Below are positions 44,192 to 53,286 of a DNA stretch of 64,000 nt, one piece after another. The translations under genes were made by a program, and so were the position numbers. The notes under the pieces were generated by a model. It ran no database searches. It saw only the letters and a program-made list of their open reading frames with translations, and was not told the origin of the DNA. Position 1 is the stretch's first letter. Each line of letters begins with the position of its first letter. Origin of the DNA: Hyphomicrobiales bacterium (lineage in GTDB: Bacteria > Pseudomonadota > Alphaproteobacteria > Rhizobiales > JAJFHC01); contig OZ245783.1 of the NCBI GenBank assembly GCA_965227875.1, forward strand, positions 4,978,251 through 5,042,250, given 5' to 3'.

Positions 44192-45762
44192 GCCGCGGCC
44201 ACCTCCCCTGTTTCTTCCGTTGAAAGCATTGCGCCGACCAATTCCTGCTCGCTCGGCTTCGCGTCGGGCGGGGCCGGCAGGATCCGGGTGATCCGTCCCT
44301 GGCGCATGATGGCGATCCGGTTGGACAGGCCGATCAGTTCGAGCAGTTCGTCACTGATGAGAATGACGGCGGTGCCTGCGTCCGTCAGATCCCGGATGAA
44401 GCCGTAGATCTCTTCCTTGGCGCCGGCGTCGACGCCGCGCGTCGGATTGTCGAGGATCAGGACCTTGAGCCTGCGGGCCAGCCAGCGCGCGAGCACGACC
44501 TTCTGCTGATTGCCACCCGACAGCCGCTTGCAGACGGTGTCGGGACCGTCGACCTTGATGCCGATGCGCGAAATGAGTTCACGGCTCACTTCGTTTTCCA
44601 GCCCGTGGCGCCACAAGCCGAACGCGTTGGAGAACATGTCGCCGCTCGGGAGCGTGATGTTCCAGGCGACGGTCTGGTCGGCGATCATGCCCTCGACGAG
44701 ACGTTCAGCCGGAATGTATCCCACACCCTCCGAAACGAGCCGGCCGGCAGAAGGAACCTGCCAGTCCGACCCGTCCAGGGAGACCATGCCGCCGGTCGGC
44801 GGCTCGACACCCGCGAGACCGTGCCCGAGCGCGGACTTGCCGCTTTCGAGCAGGCCGCCGATGCCCAAAATTTCTCCGGGCGCGACCCGAAGCGAAACAC
44901 CGCTGTAGTGTCCCGGGCGCTCCATGTCCCGGGCGGCGAACGCGGGTGCTTCGGCCTCTGGTGCCGCAAGCTGCTGGCGGCCCTCGTGATAGTAGTCGCT
45001 GTCCCGTTCGCGCCCGACCATGAGCCGGTGCAACTCGCTCTCGTCGACATCCGCCGGGAGAACCTCGGTCACCCGGCGGCCGTCCTTGAGCACCATGATG
45101 CGGTCGCTGAGAGCCAGCACCTCACCCAGACGGTGAGACACGAAAAGCAGGCTCGATGTCTCCCGCAGCCGTTCGACGAGTTTCAGAAAAACCTCCTCGT
45201 CGCCGCGCTCCAGCGAGGCCGTCGGTTCGTCGAACAGGACAATCGAATGTTCGACACCGAAGAGCATCGCCGGGCCGAAACAGGCCCTGATGATCTCCAC
45301 GAGTTGACGTTCCGAAAAGTCGAGATCACGCGTGGTGCGCCGTACATCGATCGACGCACCGGCGGCGTCCACCATCTCCTGTGCCCTGGCGATCATGCGT
45401 TTGCGCGACAGCAACTGGCCTGCGATGGCGAAGTCCCGGTCGGCGCCGATCAGCAGGTTCTCGAAGACCGGGACATCGCCGACCAGCGACTGTTCCTGGA
45501 AGACGCGGGCGACGCCCAACCGCCGGCCCGAAGCGAAGGATGCAGGAAGAGGCACACCGTTCGACAGGGTGACCGATCCCGCATCCGGTGCGATCAGGCC
45601 CGAAAGGATGTTGAGCAGGGTCGACTTGCCCGCACCGTTCTCCCCGACAAGGCCGAGCACGCCAGCCGCGGGCAGAGAGATATCCACCCCGTCAAGGACA
45701 AGCGTCTCTCCGTAACTCTTGGAAAGACCGCTTGCCGCAAGAGCTGACGCGCCCGTGTTCAT
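44188..45762 (-). CDS. CUT2-type sugar ABC transporter ATP-binding protein (duplicated NBD, RbsA-like)
   Basis: GENGAGKSTLLN in NBD1 and LSGGNQQKVVLARWL in NBD2. 524 aa. Confidence 0.9.
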   Translation of the reverse strand: MNTGASALAASGLSKSYGETLVLDGVDISLPAAGVLGLVGENGAGKSTLLNILSGLIAPDAGSVTLSNGVPLPASFASGRRLGVARVFQEQSLVGDVPVFENLLIGADRDFAIAGQLLSRKRMIARAQEMVDAAGASIDVRRTTRDLDFSERQLVEIIRACFGPAMLFGVEHSIVLFDEPTASLERGDEEVFLKLVERLRETSSLLFVSHRLGEVLALSDRIMVLKDGRRVTEVLPADVDESELHRLMVGRERDSDYYHEGRQQLAAPEAEAPAFAARDMERPGHYSGVSLRVAPGEILGIGGLLESGKSALGHGLAGVEPPTGGMVSLDGSDWQVPSAGRLVSEGVGYIPAERLVEGMIADQTVAWNITLPSGDMFSNAFGLWRHGLENEVSRELISRIGIKVDGPDTVCKRLSGGNQQKVVLARWLARRLKVLILDNPTRGVDAGAKEEIYGFIRDLTDAGTAVILISDELLELIGLSNRIAIMRQGRITRILPAPPDAKPSEQELVGAMLSTEETGEVAAA

Positions 45763-45782
45763 GATCCAGCCGAAGCCCCTGC

Positions 45783-47114
45783 CTAAAGGTTCGGCGAGGG
45801 GCCGAACATCGGCGTCTTGTAGTGTTCGGCGTATTCCTTCGCGACGGCGTCGGCTTCGCCGCTTTCACGCGCCTTGGTATACTCTTCCGGCACGGACCAG
45901 CCGGCAGGCTTGTCGATACCGCCCCATTCGAGCTCGATGTCCATCGGGAAGAGTTCGGCCTGCGGATCCCAGTCGTCCGGATGCGCCACCTTGGACATGC
46001 GCTTGTAGTCGAACGGTTCGACATCGCCATTGTCCACGTAGCGCTTCAGGTAGACGTCGACGTTGTCCTTGGTCATCGCGACCGAACGCCAGTTCATCAT
46101 GCGTTCCGACGCCCGCGGCCGCCAGCCGTTGAGCACGTCGTAGAGACGCGAGGTCAGCAAGGCGCCCATGTACTGCGGAACGTTGGCGCTCGTGGCCAGC
46201 AGCTGGCCGCGCTTGATCATCTCGGCCCCGCCGGAGGTCCCGTCCGCACCGCACACGAACACGTCCTCTCCCGGACGCATGCCGGCCGCGCGAAGGGCGG
46301 CGATGCAGCCGTCGGCAACGTCGTCGTTCTGTGCGACGACGCCCTTGAGGTTCGGGTGGCGCGCGATCAGGTCCTCCATGGCCTTCTGGCTGTCTTCCCG
46401 GTTCCACTTGCCCGGCAGTTCGCCGGCCAGCGTGATCTTGGGAAACTCCTCGATGGCGGCGTCGCGCCCGCGCGACCGGATGAGATCAGTCGAGTTGCCT
46501 TCCACGCCGGTCACGCCAACCAGTTCGCCGCCGCCGAACGCATCCATGACCGCCTTGCAGACTTCACGGGTGACGTCGCGATGGGCCGAGAATTCTTCAG
46601 GCACCGCGTAAAGCGTCCAGTATTCGCCGGCTTCGTAGGGCGTGAACCAGGGCAGCGTGCCCCATGTATTGTCGAGCCAGACCTTGTTCTCGTTGGCCAG
46701 TTGCGCGATGCGCTTGATCGAGCCGCCGCCCGGTGCGTGCAGCATGACGGCGTTCGCGCCGGCCGTGACCTGCTGTTCGAACTGGTCCAGCTGGCGGCCG
46801 CTGTCGAGCTGACCGTCCAGCGCGGTGTGTTCCAGCCCGAGCGCGGCAGCCGCGGCCTTGGCGCCGGCATCCGCGTTGACGACGTATTCCAGGCGCAGCG
46901 TCATCATGAGATGCGCCATCTTGCCCTTGGTGTCGGCGAACGCCACGCCCGGCAGGCCCATGGCAGACGCGCCGGCCATTGCAGCCACGCTGGCGGTCGA
47001 AAACGCCAGGAACTCGCGCCGCGACACGCCTTCGAGGCCGGCGGCATCCATGTGTGCGTCCACGACACGCTTGTCGGTGAAATCCGGGACGAACATTCCT
47101 TTGTGCTTGGTCAT
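45783..47114 (-). CDS. Periplasmic sugar-binding protein (Peripla_BP-type) with long N-region and twin-arginine motif
   Basis: ...GVSRREFLAFSTASVAAMAGASAMGLPGVAFA followed by a ribose-BP-like fold. GGGAGAAG RBS. Confidence 0.85.
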   Translation of the reverse strand: MTKHKGMFVPDFTDKRVVDAHMDAAGLEGVSRREFLAFSTASVAAMAGASAMGLPGVAFADTKGKMAHLMMTLRLEYVVNADAGAKAAAAALGLEHTALDGQLDSGRQLDQFEQQVTAGANAVMLHAPGGGSIKRIAQLANENKVWLDNTWGTLPWFTPYEAGEYWTLYAVPEEFSAHRDVTREVCKAVMDAFGGGELVGVTGVEGNSTDLIRSRGRDAAIEEFPKITLAGELPGKWNREDSQKAMEDLIARHPNLKGVVAQNDDVADGCIAALRAAGMRPGEDVFVCGADGTSGGAEMIKRGQLLATSANVPQYMGALLTSRLYDVLNGWRPRASERMMNWRSVAMTKDNVDVYLKRYVDNGDVEPFDYKRMSKVAHPDDWDPQAELFPMDIELEWGGIDKPAGWSVPEEYTKARESGEADAVAKEYAEHYKTPMFGPSPNL

Positions 47115-47154
47115 TGTCTTCTCCCTGTTTTTGATCCGGTCGGCCGACTTTGCG

Positions 47155-48258
47155 TCATGCCCATTTGTTGTTTTTGCGAATTTCCTGCTGCTCGCCTGCC
47201 CATGTCCGGCCGGCGTCGGTTGCGGAGAATCTCACTTCCCCGCCTTCGTGGACACGTTCCGCCCTGCCCTTCTCGATCTGCCAGATAAGGTGGGTCTGAA
47301 GACAGCATTCGGCGTAGCAGCGGCGCATGCCGATCCCCGTGGACACCGCATAATCCAGTTCCGTCTTCACAGGCATGACCTCGGGCACGAGTTCGAGCAG
47401 GGTCATCGGCCGGCCCTCCCGCGCAAGCACCTGGAGAATGCGAAACTCGGTATCGTCCTGCTGGCGGATCATGTGTGTCAGCCGGCGCATGGAACTGTCT
47501 TCGGAATAGGCGGACAGCCCGTGGCCTTCGAGCAGAAGCTGCGGCTTGATTTCGATGCACTTCTCGATGGAAGCCCGGTGGGCCTTCGCATCGCCGATCG
47601 GAAACGGCCCGAGCGGTGTGGGATAGTGCAGGATGTCGGCGGCGTAGAGCGAACCGGAATGCGGATTGTAGACGCCGACCTGGCCGGGACAATGACCCGG
47701 CAAATGGATTATTTCCAGCTTCAGTCCGCCGACCTCGAGTGTGTCGCCGCCCTCGACCGTGACGTCGACCTCGACGGGCCGGTTCCAGTGTCTCCGTACA
47801 ATTTCCGGGTCGGAAAGACCGAGGCTCTCGCCTTCTGCCAGGTTGAAATCGGCAAGCACTTCCTCCGGCGTTGTGCCGAAACGCTCGACGTTCTCTGCTT
47901 TAGTGACGAGCATCGGGTCTTCGATGATCGGCTTGTCGAGCGGATGCGCCACGATCTCCGCACCGTAGCGTTCCTTCAGGATGGAGGCGTTGCCCGTGTG
48001 GTCATAGTGGAAGTGCGTGATGAGGATGTAGCGCAGGTCGTTCTTCTCCTGATCGAGTTTCTCGATCAGAAACTGGCCCATGCCGTTGTCGTATTCCGGC
48101 GTCGTCCAGTTGCCGGTGTCGATCAGGATGTTCTCGCCCTGCCCCCGGATCAGGTACACGCCCGACTGGACATAGCCGTCGAGTTCGTCTTCCGCCCATG
48201 GCCCGTGCAGGCCGGGAATGCCCCATCCGTCTGGTGTATCGGCAAAAAAGAAAATCAT
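47155..48258 (-). CDS. MBL-fold metallo-hydrolase
   Basis: ITHFHYDHTG and HLPGHCPGQ. ATGA overlap with the upstream gene. Confidence 0.85.
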   Translation of the reverse strand: MIFFFADTPDGWGIPGLHGPWAEDELDGYVQSGVYLIRGQGENILIDTGNWTTPEYDNGMGQFLIEKLDQEKNDLRYILITHFHYDHTGNASILKERYGAEIVAHPLDKPIIEDPMLVTKAENVERFGTTPEEVLADFNLAEGESLGLSDPEIVRRHWNRPVEVDVTVEGGDTLEVGGLKLEIIHLPGHCPGQVGVYNPHSGSLYAADILHYPTPLGPFPIGDAKAHRASIEKCIEIKPQLLLEGHGLSAYSEDSSMRRLTHMIRQQDDTEFRILQVLAREGRPMTLLELVPEVMPVKTELDYAVSTGIGMRRCYAECCLQTHLIWQIEKGRAERVHEGGEVRFSATDAGRTWAGEQQEIRKNNKWA

Positions 48259-49556
48259 GACCCCATCTCCGTCGGCTGGTTCTCACCCCTATAGCGTTCA
48301 GCCCTGACATCGCAGGTGATCGCGTGCGCAAGCATGCCTTCCGCTTCGCACATGCGTCCGAGCGGTCCGGCAAGGTCACGGCTGGCGGCACGGCTGAGCC
48401 GCTGCCACGTCACGGTCTTGATGAATTTCCCGACCCAGAGGCCGCCGGTGTAGCGGGCCGCGCCGTTGGTCGGCAGCGTATGGTTGGTGCCGACGCCCTT
48501 GTCTCCGTAGGCGACCGTCGCTTCCGCGCCGACGAAAGCGCTGCCGTAGTTCCTCAGCCTGTCGAGGTACCAGTCGTCGGCCGAAGTCTGGATCTCCAGA
48601 TGCTCGGGCGCATAGGCGTCGACGAGCTCGCACGCCTCTTCCCGCGAGGACGCCACCACGATCTCGCCATGGTCGCGCCAGGAACGGCTGGCCATGTCCC
48701 GTGTCGGCAGCGTCTCGAGCAGGCGCTCGACCTCGCTCAGGACGGCCTTGCCCATCTCCGGCGACGTGGTGACCATCCAAGCGGGGCTGTCGGGTCCGTG
48801 TTCCGCCTGTCCAAGCAAGTCGGTCGCGACGAGCGAGGCGTCCGCCGTCTCGTCGCAGAGCACGCAGATTTCCGTCGGCCCGGCCGGCAGGTCGATACCG
48901 ACGATGCCGAACAGCTGGCGCTTGGCTTCCGCGACGAACGCGTTTCCCGGGCCGGTGATGATGTCGACGGGAGACATCCCCACCCGTCCGAACGCCATGG
49001 CGGCCATCGCCTGGACACCGCCGATACAATAGATCTCGTCCGCACCCGACGCATGCAGCGCATAAAGTGTGTGCGCAAACATGCCGTCCTCGCCGGGACG
49101 CGGCGGCGCGCAGCCGATCACGTGCTCGACGCCGGCTTCCTTGGCGGTACCGACGCTCATGGCCGCTGCGGAGATCAGCGGGTATTTGCCGCCCGGGATA
49201 TAGCAGCCCGCCCGGGAGATCGGGATGAGCTTCTGCCCGAGCAGGACGCCGGGGGAAATCTCGGTTTCGAACTCCCCGATCGACTCCCTCTGACGGCGTG
49301 CGAACGCGCACACGTTTTTCAGGCAGAGGTCGAAATCTTCCTTGAAGGTTTCCGGGAGACGGCTCGCGGTCTCGCGGATCTGGTCGTCGGAGACCCGGAA
49401 CGACTTGTCGCCCCACTTGTCGAGCTGTGCCGCATACGACCTGACGGCATCGTCACCTTCGTCGCGAATCCGCGTCAACATCTCCTGAACCGTCGCCTCG
49501 ATCCTGGCGCGGTCTTCAGGCTGGCGCGGCGGCGCTCGCTTGACAAATTCAGGCAT
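48255..49556 (-). CDS. Histidinol-dehydrogenase-family oxidoreductase (HisD paralog; HpsN/sulfopropanediol-dehydrogenase-like)
   Basis: Internal M39. Motifs IGGVQAMAAMAFG, PAGPTEICVLCDE and LLGQAEHGPDS. First gene of the long operon, not in a his context. Confidence 0.85.
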   Translation of the reverse strand: MPEFVKRAPPRQPEDRARIEATVQEMLTRIRDEGDDAVRSYAAQLDKWGDKSFRVSDDQIRETASRLPETFKEDFDLCLKNVCAFARRQRESIGEFETEISPGVLLGQKLIPISRAGCYIPGGKYPLISAAAMSVGTAKEAGVEHVIGCAPPRPGEDGMFAHTLYALHASGADEIYCIGGVQAMAAMAFGRVGMSPVDIITGPGNAFVAEAKRQLFGIVGIDLPAGPTEICVLCDETADASLVATDLLGQAEHGPDSPAWMVTTSPEMGKAVLSEVERLLETLPTRDMASRSWRDHGEIVVASSREEACELVDAYAPEHLEIQTSADDWYLDRLRNYGSAFVGAEATVAYGDKGVGTNHTLPTNGAARYTGGLWVGKFIKTVTWQRLSRAASRDLAGPLGRMCEAEGMLAHAITCDVRAERYRGENQPTEMGS

Positions 49557-49582
49557 GAATGGCTCTCGTTCCTTGAAATTTT

Positions 49583-49596
49583 TGTAACCGGTTACA
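49583..49596. promoter_or_regulatory. Perfect 14-bp palindrome TGTAACCGGTTACA, probable LacI-family operator
   Basis: Located in the divergent intergenic region between the hisD-like gene and the lacI-family gene. Confidence 0.6.
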
Positions 49597-49727
49597 TTTT
49601 GATGATGGCAGCATCTTTTTGGGCTGTCAACAATGCCTGGAGCAGAAAATGAGGTCTTCAGGCTGGACAATGGCCTAAAGATGAAGTCTAATTGTCATAA
49701 GAGATTGATTCAGAAAAGGTTTAGTAT

Positions 49728-50774
49728 TTGAAACCGGGTACAAATGAAGGCAAAGCACCCGCAAACACAATCCGTAAGATCGCCAAGGAAGCGGGCGTAT
49801 CCACGGCAACGGTTTCGCGCGTCCTCAACAACCCCGAAACTGTAAGACCGGACAAGCGCGAGGCCGTTCTCCGCGTCATCGAACAGAACGACTACGTCAA
49901 TGACGGCAAGGCCCAGGCTCTGTCCGTCGGCAAGACCAAGACCATCGGCCTGGTCATCCCCACGATCACGAACTCGATCTATGCCGCCTCCACCCAGGCC
50001 ATACAGCATTTCGCCCAGGAAGCCGGCTATTCCGTGATTCTCGTCGTCAGCGATTTCGACCGCGAACAGGAACAGCAACTGATTCGGCATCTGGTGGGCC
50101 GGCGGGTCGACGGCATGATCCTGACCGGGGGCGAACACGACCCGCGGGTCTTTCGCATGCTCGAACGCCACGGCATCCCCTGTGTCCTCACCTGGCGGCG
50201 GGCGGAAAACTCTACCCACCCTTCCGTGTCCTTCGACAATTACGCCGCTGGCCTGATGGCCATGGAGAAGCTGATCTCGCTCGGCCACAGACGGATCGGG
50301 CTGATCTGCGGCCGGACCGACGTCAACGACCGGGCCGAGAAACGCATGCGTGCCTATGTGGACGCGCTGGCATCGATCGACGTGGAGGTCGACCCTGATC
50401 TCGTCTTCGAGGGGAACTTCGAATTCGTCGTGGGCCGTGACGCGATGGAAAGCATGCTCGACAATCCCGAGCCTCCGACCGCCGTCTTCGCAGCCAACGA
50501 CATCCAGGCGATCGGCGCCATCGAAGGCTGCCGGCAACGCGGCAAGTCGGTGCCGGACGATGTGTCCATTATCGGTTTCGACGACTTGCCCATCGCACAG
50601 TTCTCCTATCCCAAGCTGACCACCGTGCACGTACCCGGCGCCCAGATGGGCCACCTCGCCGCCACACGTCTTTTTCAGCAGTTGAACGGCGAGACCGTGA
50701 CCGGGTCGGACATTCTCCCGGTCGCCCTGATCGAACGCGAAAGCACCGCGCCAATTCGCACCGGACGGTCATGA
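49728..50774 (+). CDS. LacI-family transcriptional regulator
   Basis: TIRKIAKEAGVSTATVSRVLNN HTH plus a periplasmic-binding-protein-like core. TTG start. Confidence 0.9.
   Translation: MKPGTNEGKAPANTIRKIAKEAGVSTATVSRVLNNPETVRPDKREAVLRVIEQNDYVNDGKAQALSVGKTKTIGLVIPTITNSIYAASTQAIQHFAQEAGYSVILVVSDFDREQEQQLIRHLVGRRVDGMILTGGEHDPRVFRMLERHGIPCVLTWRRAENSTHPSVSFDNYAAGLMAMEKLISLGHRRIGLICGRTDVNDRAEKRMRAYVDALASIDVEVDPDLVFEGNFEFVVGRDAMESMLDNPEPPTAVFAANDIQAIGAIEGCRQRGKSVPDDVSIIGFDDLPIAQFSYPKLTTVHVPGAQMGHLAATRLFQQLNGETVTGSDILPVALIERESTAPIRTGRS
49729..49742. promoter_or_regulatory. Second, imperfect operator-like site TGAAACCGGGTACA
   Basis: Matches 12 of 14 positions of the perfect palindrome. Overlaps the LacI start codon. 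Centres are 146 bp apart. Confidence 0.35.
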
Positions 50775-50850
50775 GAGCACGGGGCCGAACCGGACGGAAC
50801 ACGTCGCAAGTACCTCGGTATTGAACCTGTTGCCTCGTCCGGACGGCCTG

Positions 50851-52119
50851 TCACGTATCCTGCACTTCGCTCAGGCTTAATGCCACGGCGCCGCCGGCCG
50901 CGGCCATCGCCGCGAAAACGACCAGCACCCACTCCGCACCAGCCACATCGGCGAGAAGCCCGAAGGCGCCCCCCGCCAACAGCATCAGACCGACAATGGT
51001 GTTGGACAGCGCGGTGTAGACCGCCTTGCGCTCTCCGGTATCCATGTCTGTCAGGTGTGTCTTGCGGCCCGCCCGTGCCCCCTCGTAGGCGATCTGGGCG
51101 ACGAAGATGAAACCCATCGCGGCCCACGGCCCGCCGATCCCCCCCGTCGCCAGACCAACGGCACCGGCGATCGCGAAAACCACCGCCGCCGCCGCACCGG
51201 CCACGGCAAGCGTCCAGCGGCTCGAGCGATCCGCAAGCCGGCCCCAGACATAGGAGGACAGGATCGCCGCGGCGGAGGATGCGATGAGCATGAGGCCGAG
51301 ATTGCCGATCCGCGCCTCCTCTCCCGAGGCGGACAGCATCACGAGGAAAGGCGGCGCGAGCGCGGTCGAGATCAGCAGCAGCCGCGTCGCCAGATAGCGG
51401 CGCAACTCGCCGTCTTCGGCCAGCGGTTCGACCAGCCGCGCAAGACCCCGCTCGCCAAGCTCGCCGGGTTCGGCATCAGGCTCGTCGAGGCGCAGGAAGA
51501 GCGCCGCCGCTGCCAGCCAGAGCCCGCCGGCAACTGCGATCGCACAGGCGATCCAGGCCGGTTCGCGCGGGATCAGCCCCGTGCTGAGCGCGGCTGCAAA
51601 GCCGAGTGCCGCGACCGCCGCCGCCGTTCCGGCCGAACCGGAAACTGTGCCGCGCGTGCCCTTGGCGACAGTGCGCGACAGGACGTCCTTGTAGCTTGCG
51701 GAACAGGCAGACCGGGCAACGGCGAGCAAGGCGAGGCAACCCAGTATGGCCCATCCCGCCACCGTGCCGTCCAGCAGCAGTGCCGAGGCCGCGATACCGA
51801 GCGCCGCGCCCCCCTGTACTGCCGACCCGAGCGCCCACACCCGTTTGCGCTGTGCGCGGCGTTCGACGGCGCCGGCAATCGCGAGCTGCGGCAGGAGCGC
51901 ACCCGACTCCCGTACCGGCACCAGAGCACCGATGAGGTAACCGGGCGCGCCGAGAGACGAGAGCAGCCAGGCAAGAACGAGCTTGGGATCGATCAACCCG
52001 TCCGCGGTCTTGGTTGCCGTGAGCGAAGCGAGGTGGATCGAGAAGTTGGCGGCTTCGCGATCGTCCGCCTTGTGATCCCCGTCGGCAAGGACGTCATGCA
52101 GCTTTCTGGCGAATATCAT
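50851..52119 (-). CDS. MFS transporter
   Basis: 12-TM-like profile. 422 aa. Confidence 0.8.
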   Translation of the reverse strand: MIFARKLHDVLADGDHKADDREAANFSIHLASLTATKTADGLIDPKLVLAWLLSSLGAPGYLIGALVPVRESGALLPQLAIAGAVERRAQRKRVWALGSAVQGGAALGIAASALLLDGTVAGWAILGCLALLAVARSACSASYKDVLSRTVAKGTRGTVSGSAGTAAAVAALGFAAALSTGLIPREPAWIACAIAVAGGLWLAAAALFLRLDEPDAEPGELGERGLARLVEPLAEDGELRRYLATRLLLISTALAPPFLVMLSASGEEARIGNLGLMLIASSAAAILSSYVWGRLADRSSRWTLAVAGAAAAVVFAIAGAVGLATGGIGGPWAAMGFIFVAQIAYEGARAGRKTHLTDMDTGERKAVYTALSNTIVGLMLLAGGAFGLLADVAGAEWVLVVFAAMAAAGGAVALSLSEVQDT

Positions 52120-52328
52120 CGTCTTCCCCGCAGCAACCGGGTCTCCCCGTCCCCGTAGACAACGCGCACAAACGGATCGCTGGACAGATACCCGAGCAGT
52201 GCGGTTTCAATTGTTCTTCGTTGACCAACAGTGCCGCCGATCCGGTCGCCAGGCAAGACGGGAGGCTACGCCAAGTGTCGTCAATTTGCCTTGGGACCAG
52301 CAAGGTGACCGCAAGCTTCAGGCGAGCA

Positions 52329-53285
52329 TCAGGAACGGAACGCGCGTTCGTAGCTTGATGCGAATGGCTCGATGAGCATTTCAAAGAACGTCCTCTTGCC
52401 CGTGACGATCATGACCTCGCAGGGCATGCCCGGATAGAGTTTTGCGCCCTCCGCAACCTTGGACACGTCTTCGGTCAGTTCCACGATCCCGACGTAATAG
52501 GCGTTGCCGGTCCGCTCGTCCTTCATGTGATCCGCGGACACGTTCTTGAGCTTGCCCTTCAGCGGAACGATCTTCCGCCGGTTGTACGGCGTCAGATAGA
52601 CGATCGCTTCAAGTCCCGGCGTGACGACATCGATGTCGATCGGATCGATGGACGCCTCAATGACCATACGTTCGTTCTGCGGCACGATATCCATGAGCGG
52701 TTTGCCGGCCGCGATCACCCCGCCGCTTGTGTGGACTTTCAATCCGACGATCCGGCCGGACGCGGTTGCCCGAATCCGGCTCCGTTCAAGAGAATCCTCC
52801 GCGTCGACGATCTGTGCTTCGATCTGCTTCCTGTTGCCGATCAACTCGGCTGCGCGACGCTTGAGGGCGAGCAATCGTGGCTTCTGGGCAAACCCTTCCG
52901 AAACCAGCGAACCGACGGCCGCCATTTCCTCTTCGATGAGCTTCAACTGCTCCTTTTCGGCCTCGATCTGGCCTTTGAGCAGATCCAGTCGCGCCTTGAC
53001 CTTCGTCTGATCGAGTTCGACCACTACGTCCCCTTCCCTGACGAGGTCGCCCTCCTGGAAATGGATGACGCGAACGATCCCGCCCTCAAGATGCTGCACG
53101 GTCTTGCGGTTGTGTTCGACCTTGACCGCCCCGCGAGCGATGGCCGCGCTCTCGATCGGAGCCGTGATCGACCAGAACCCGAAGCCGCCGATGAACACAG
53201 CAAGCGTGACCAGCCCGACGAGCACGGGTGCCCTCAGGTCGGGTTTCTCTGCACTCGGTGTCATCCCTGGCGATGTTTCGACCAT
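52329..53285 (-). CDS. HlyD-family type I secretion membrane fusion protein (unusually short, 318 aa)
   Basis: One N-terminal TM helix, lipoyl-like GGIVRVIHFQEGDLVREGDVVVELD, a short coiled coil, IRATASGRIVGLKV and a C-terminal beta-barrel. Confidence 0.85.
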   Translation of the reverse strand: MVETSPGMTPSAEKPDLRAPVLVGLVTLAVFIGGFGFWSITAPIESAAIARGAVKVEHNRKTVQHLEGGIVRVIHFQEGDLVREGDVVVELDQTKVKARLDLLKGQIEAEKEQLKLIEEEMAAVGSLVSEGFAQKPRLLALKRRAAELIGNRKQIEAQIVDAEDSLERSRIRATASGRIVGLKVHTSGGVIAAGKPLMDIVPQNERMVIEASIDPIDIDVVTPGLEAIVYLTPYNRRKIVPLKGKLKNVSADHMKDERTGNAYYVGIVELTEDVSKVAEGAKLYPGMPCEVMIVTGKRTFFEMLIEPFASSYERAFRS

Positions 53286-53286
53286 A

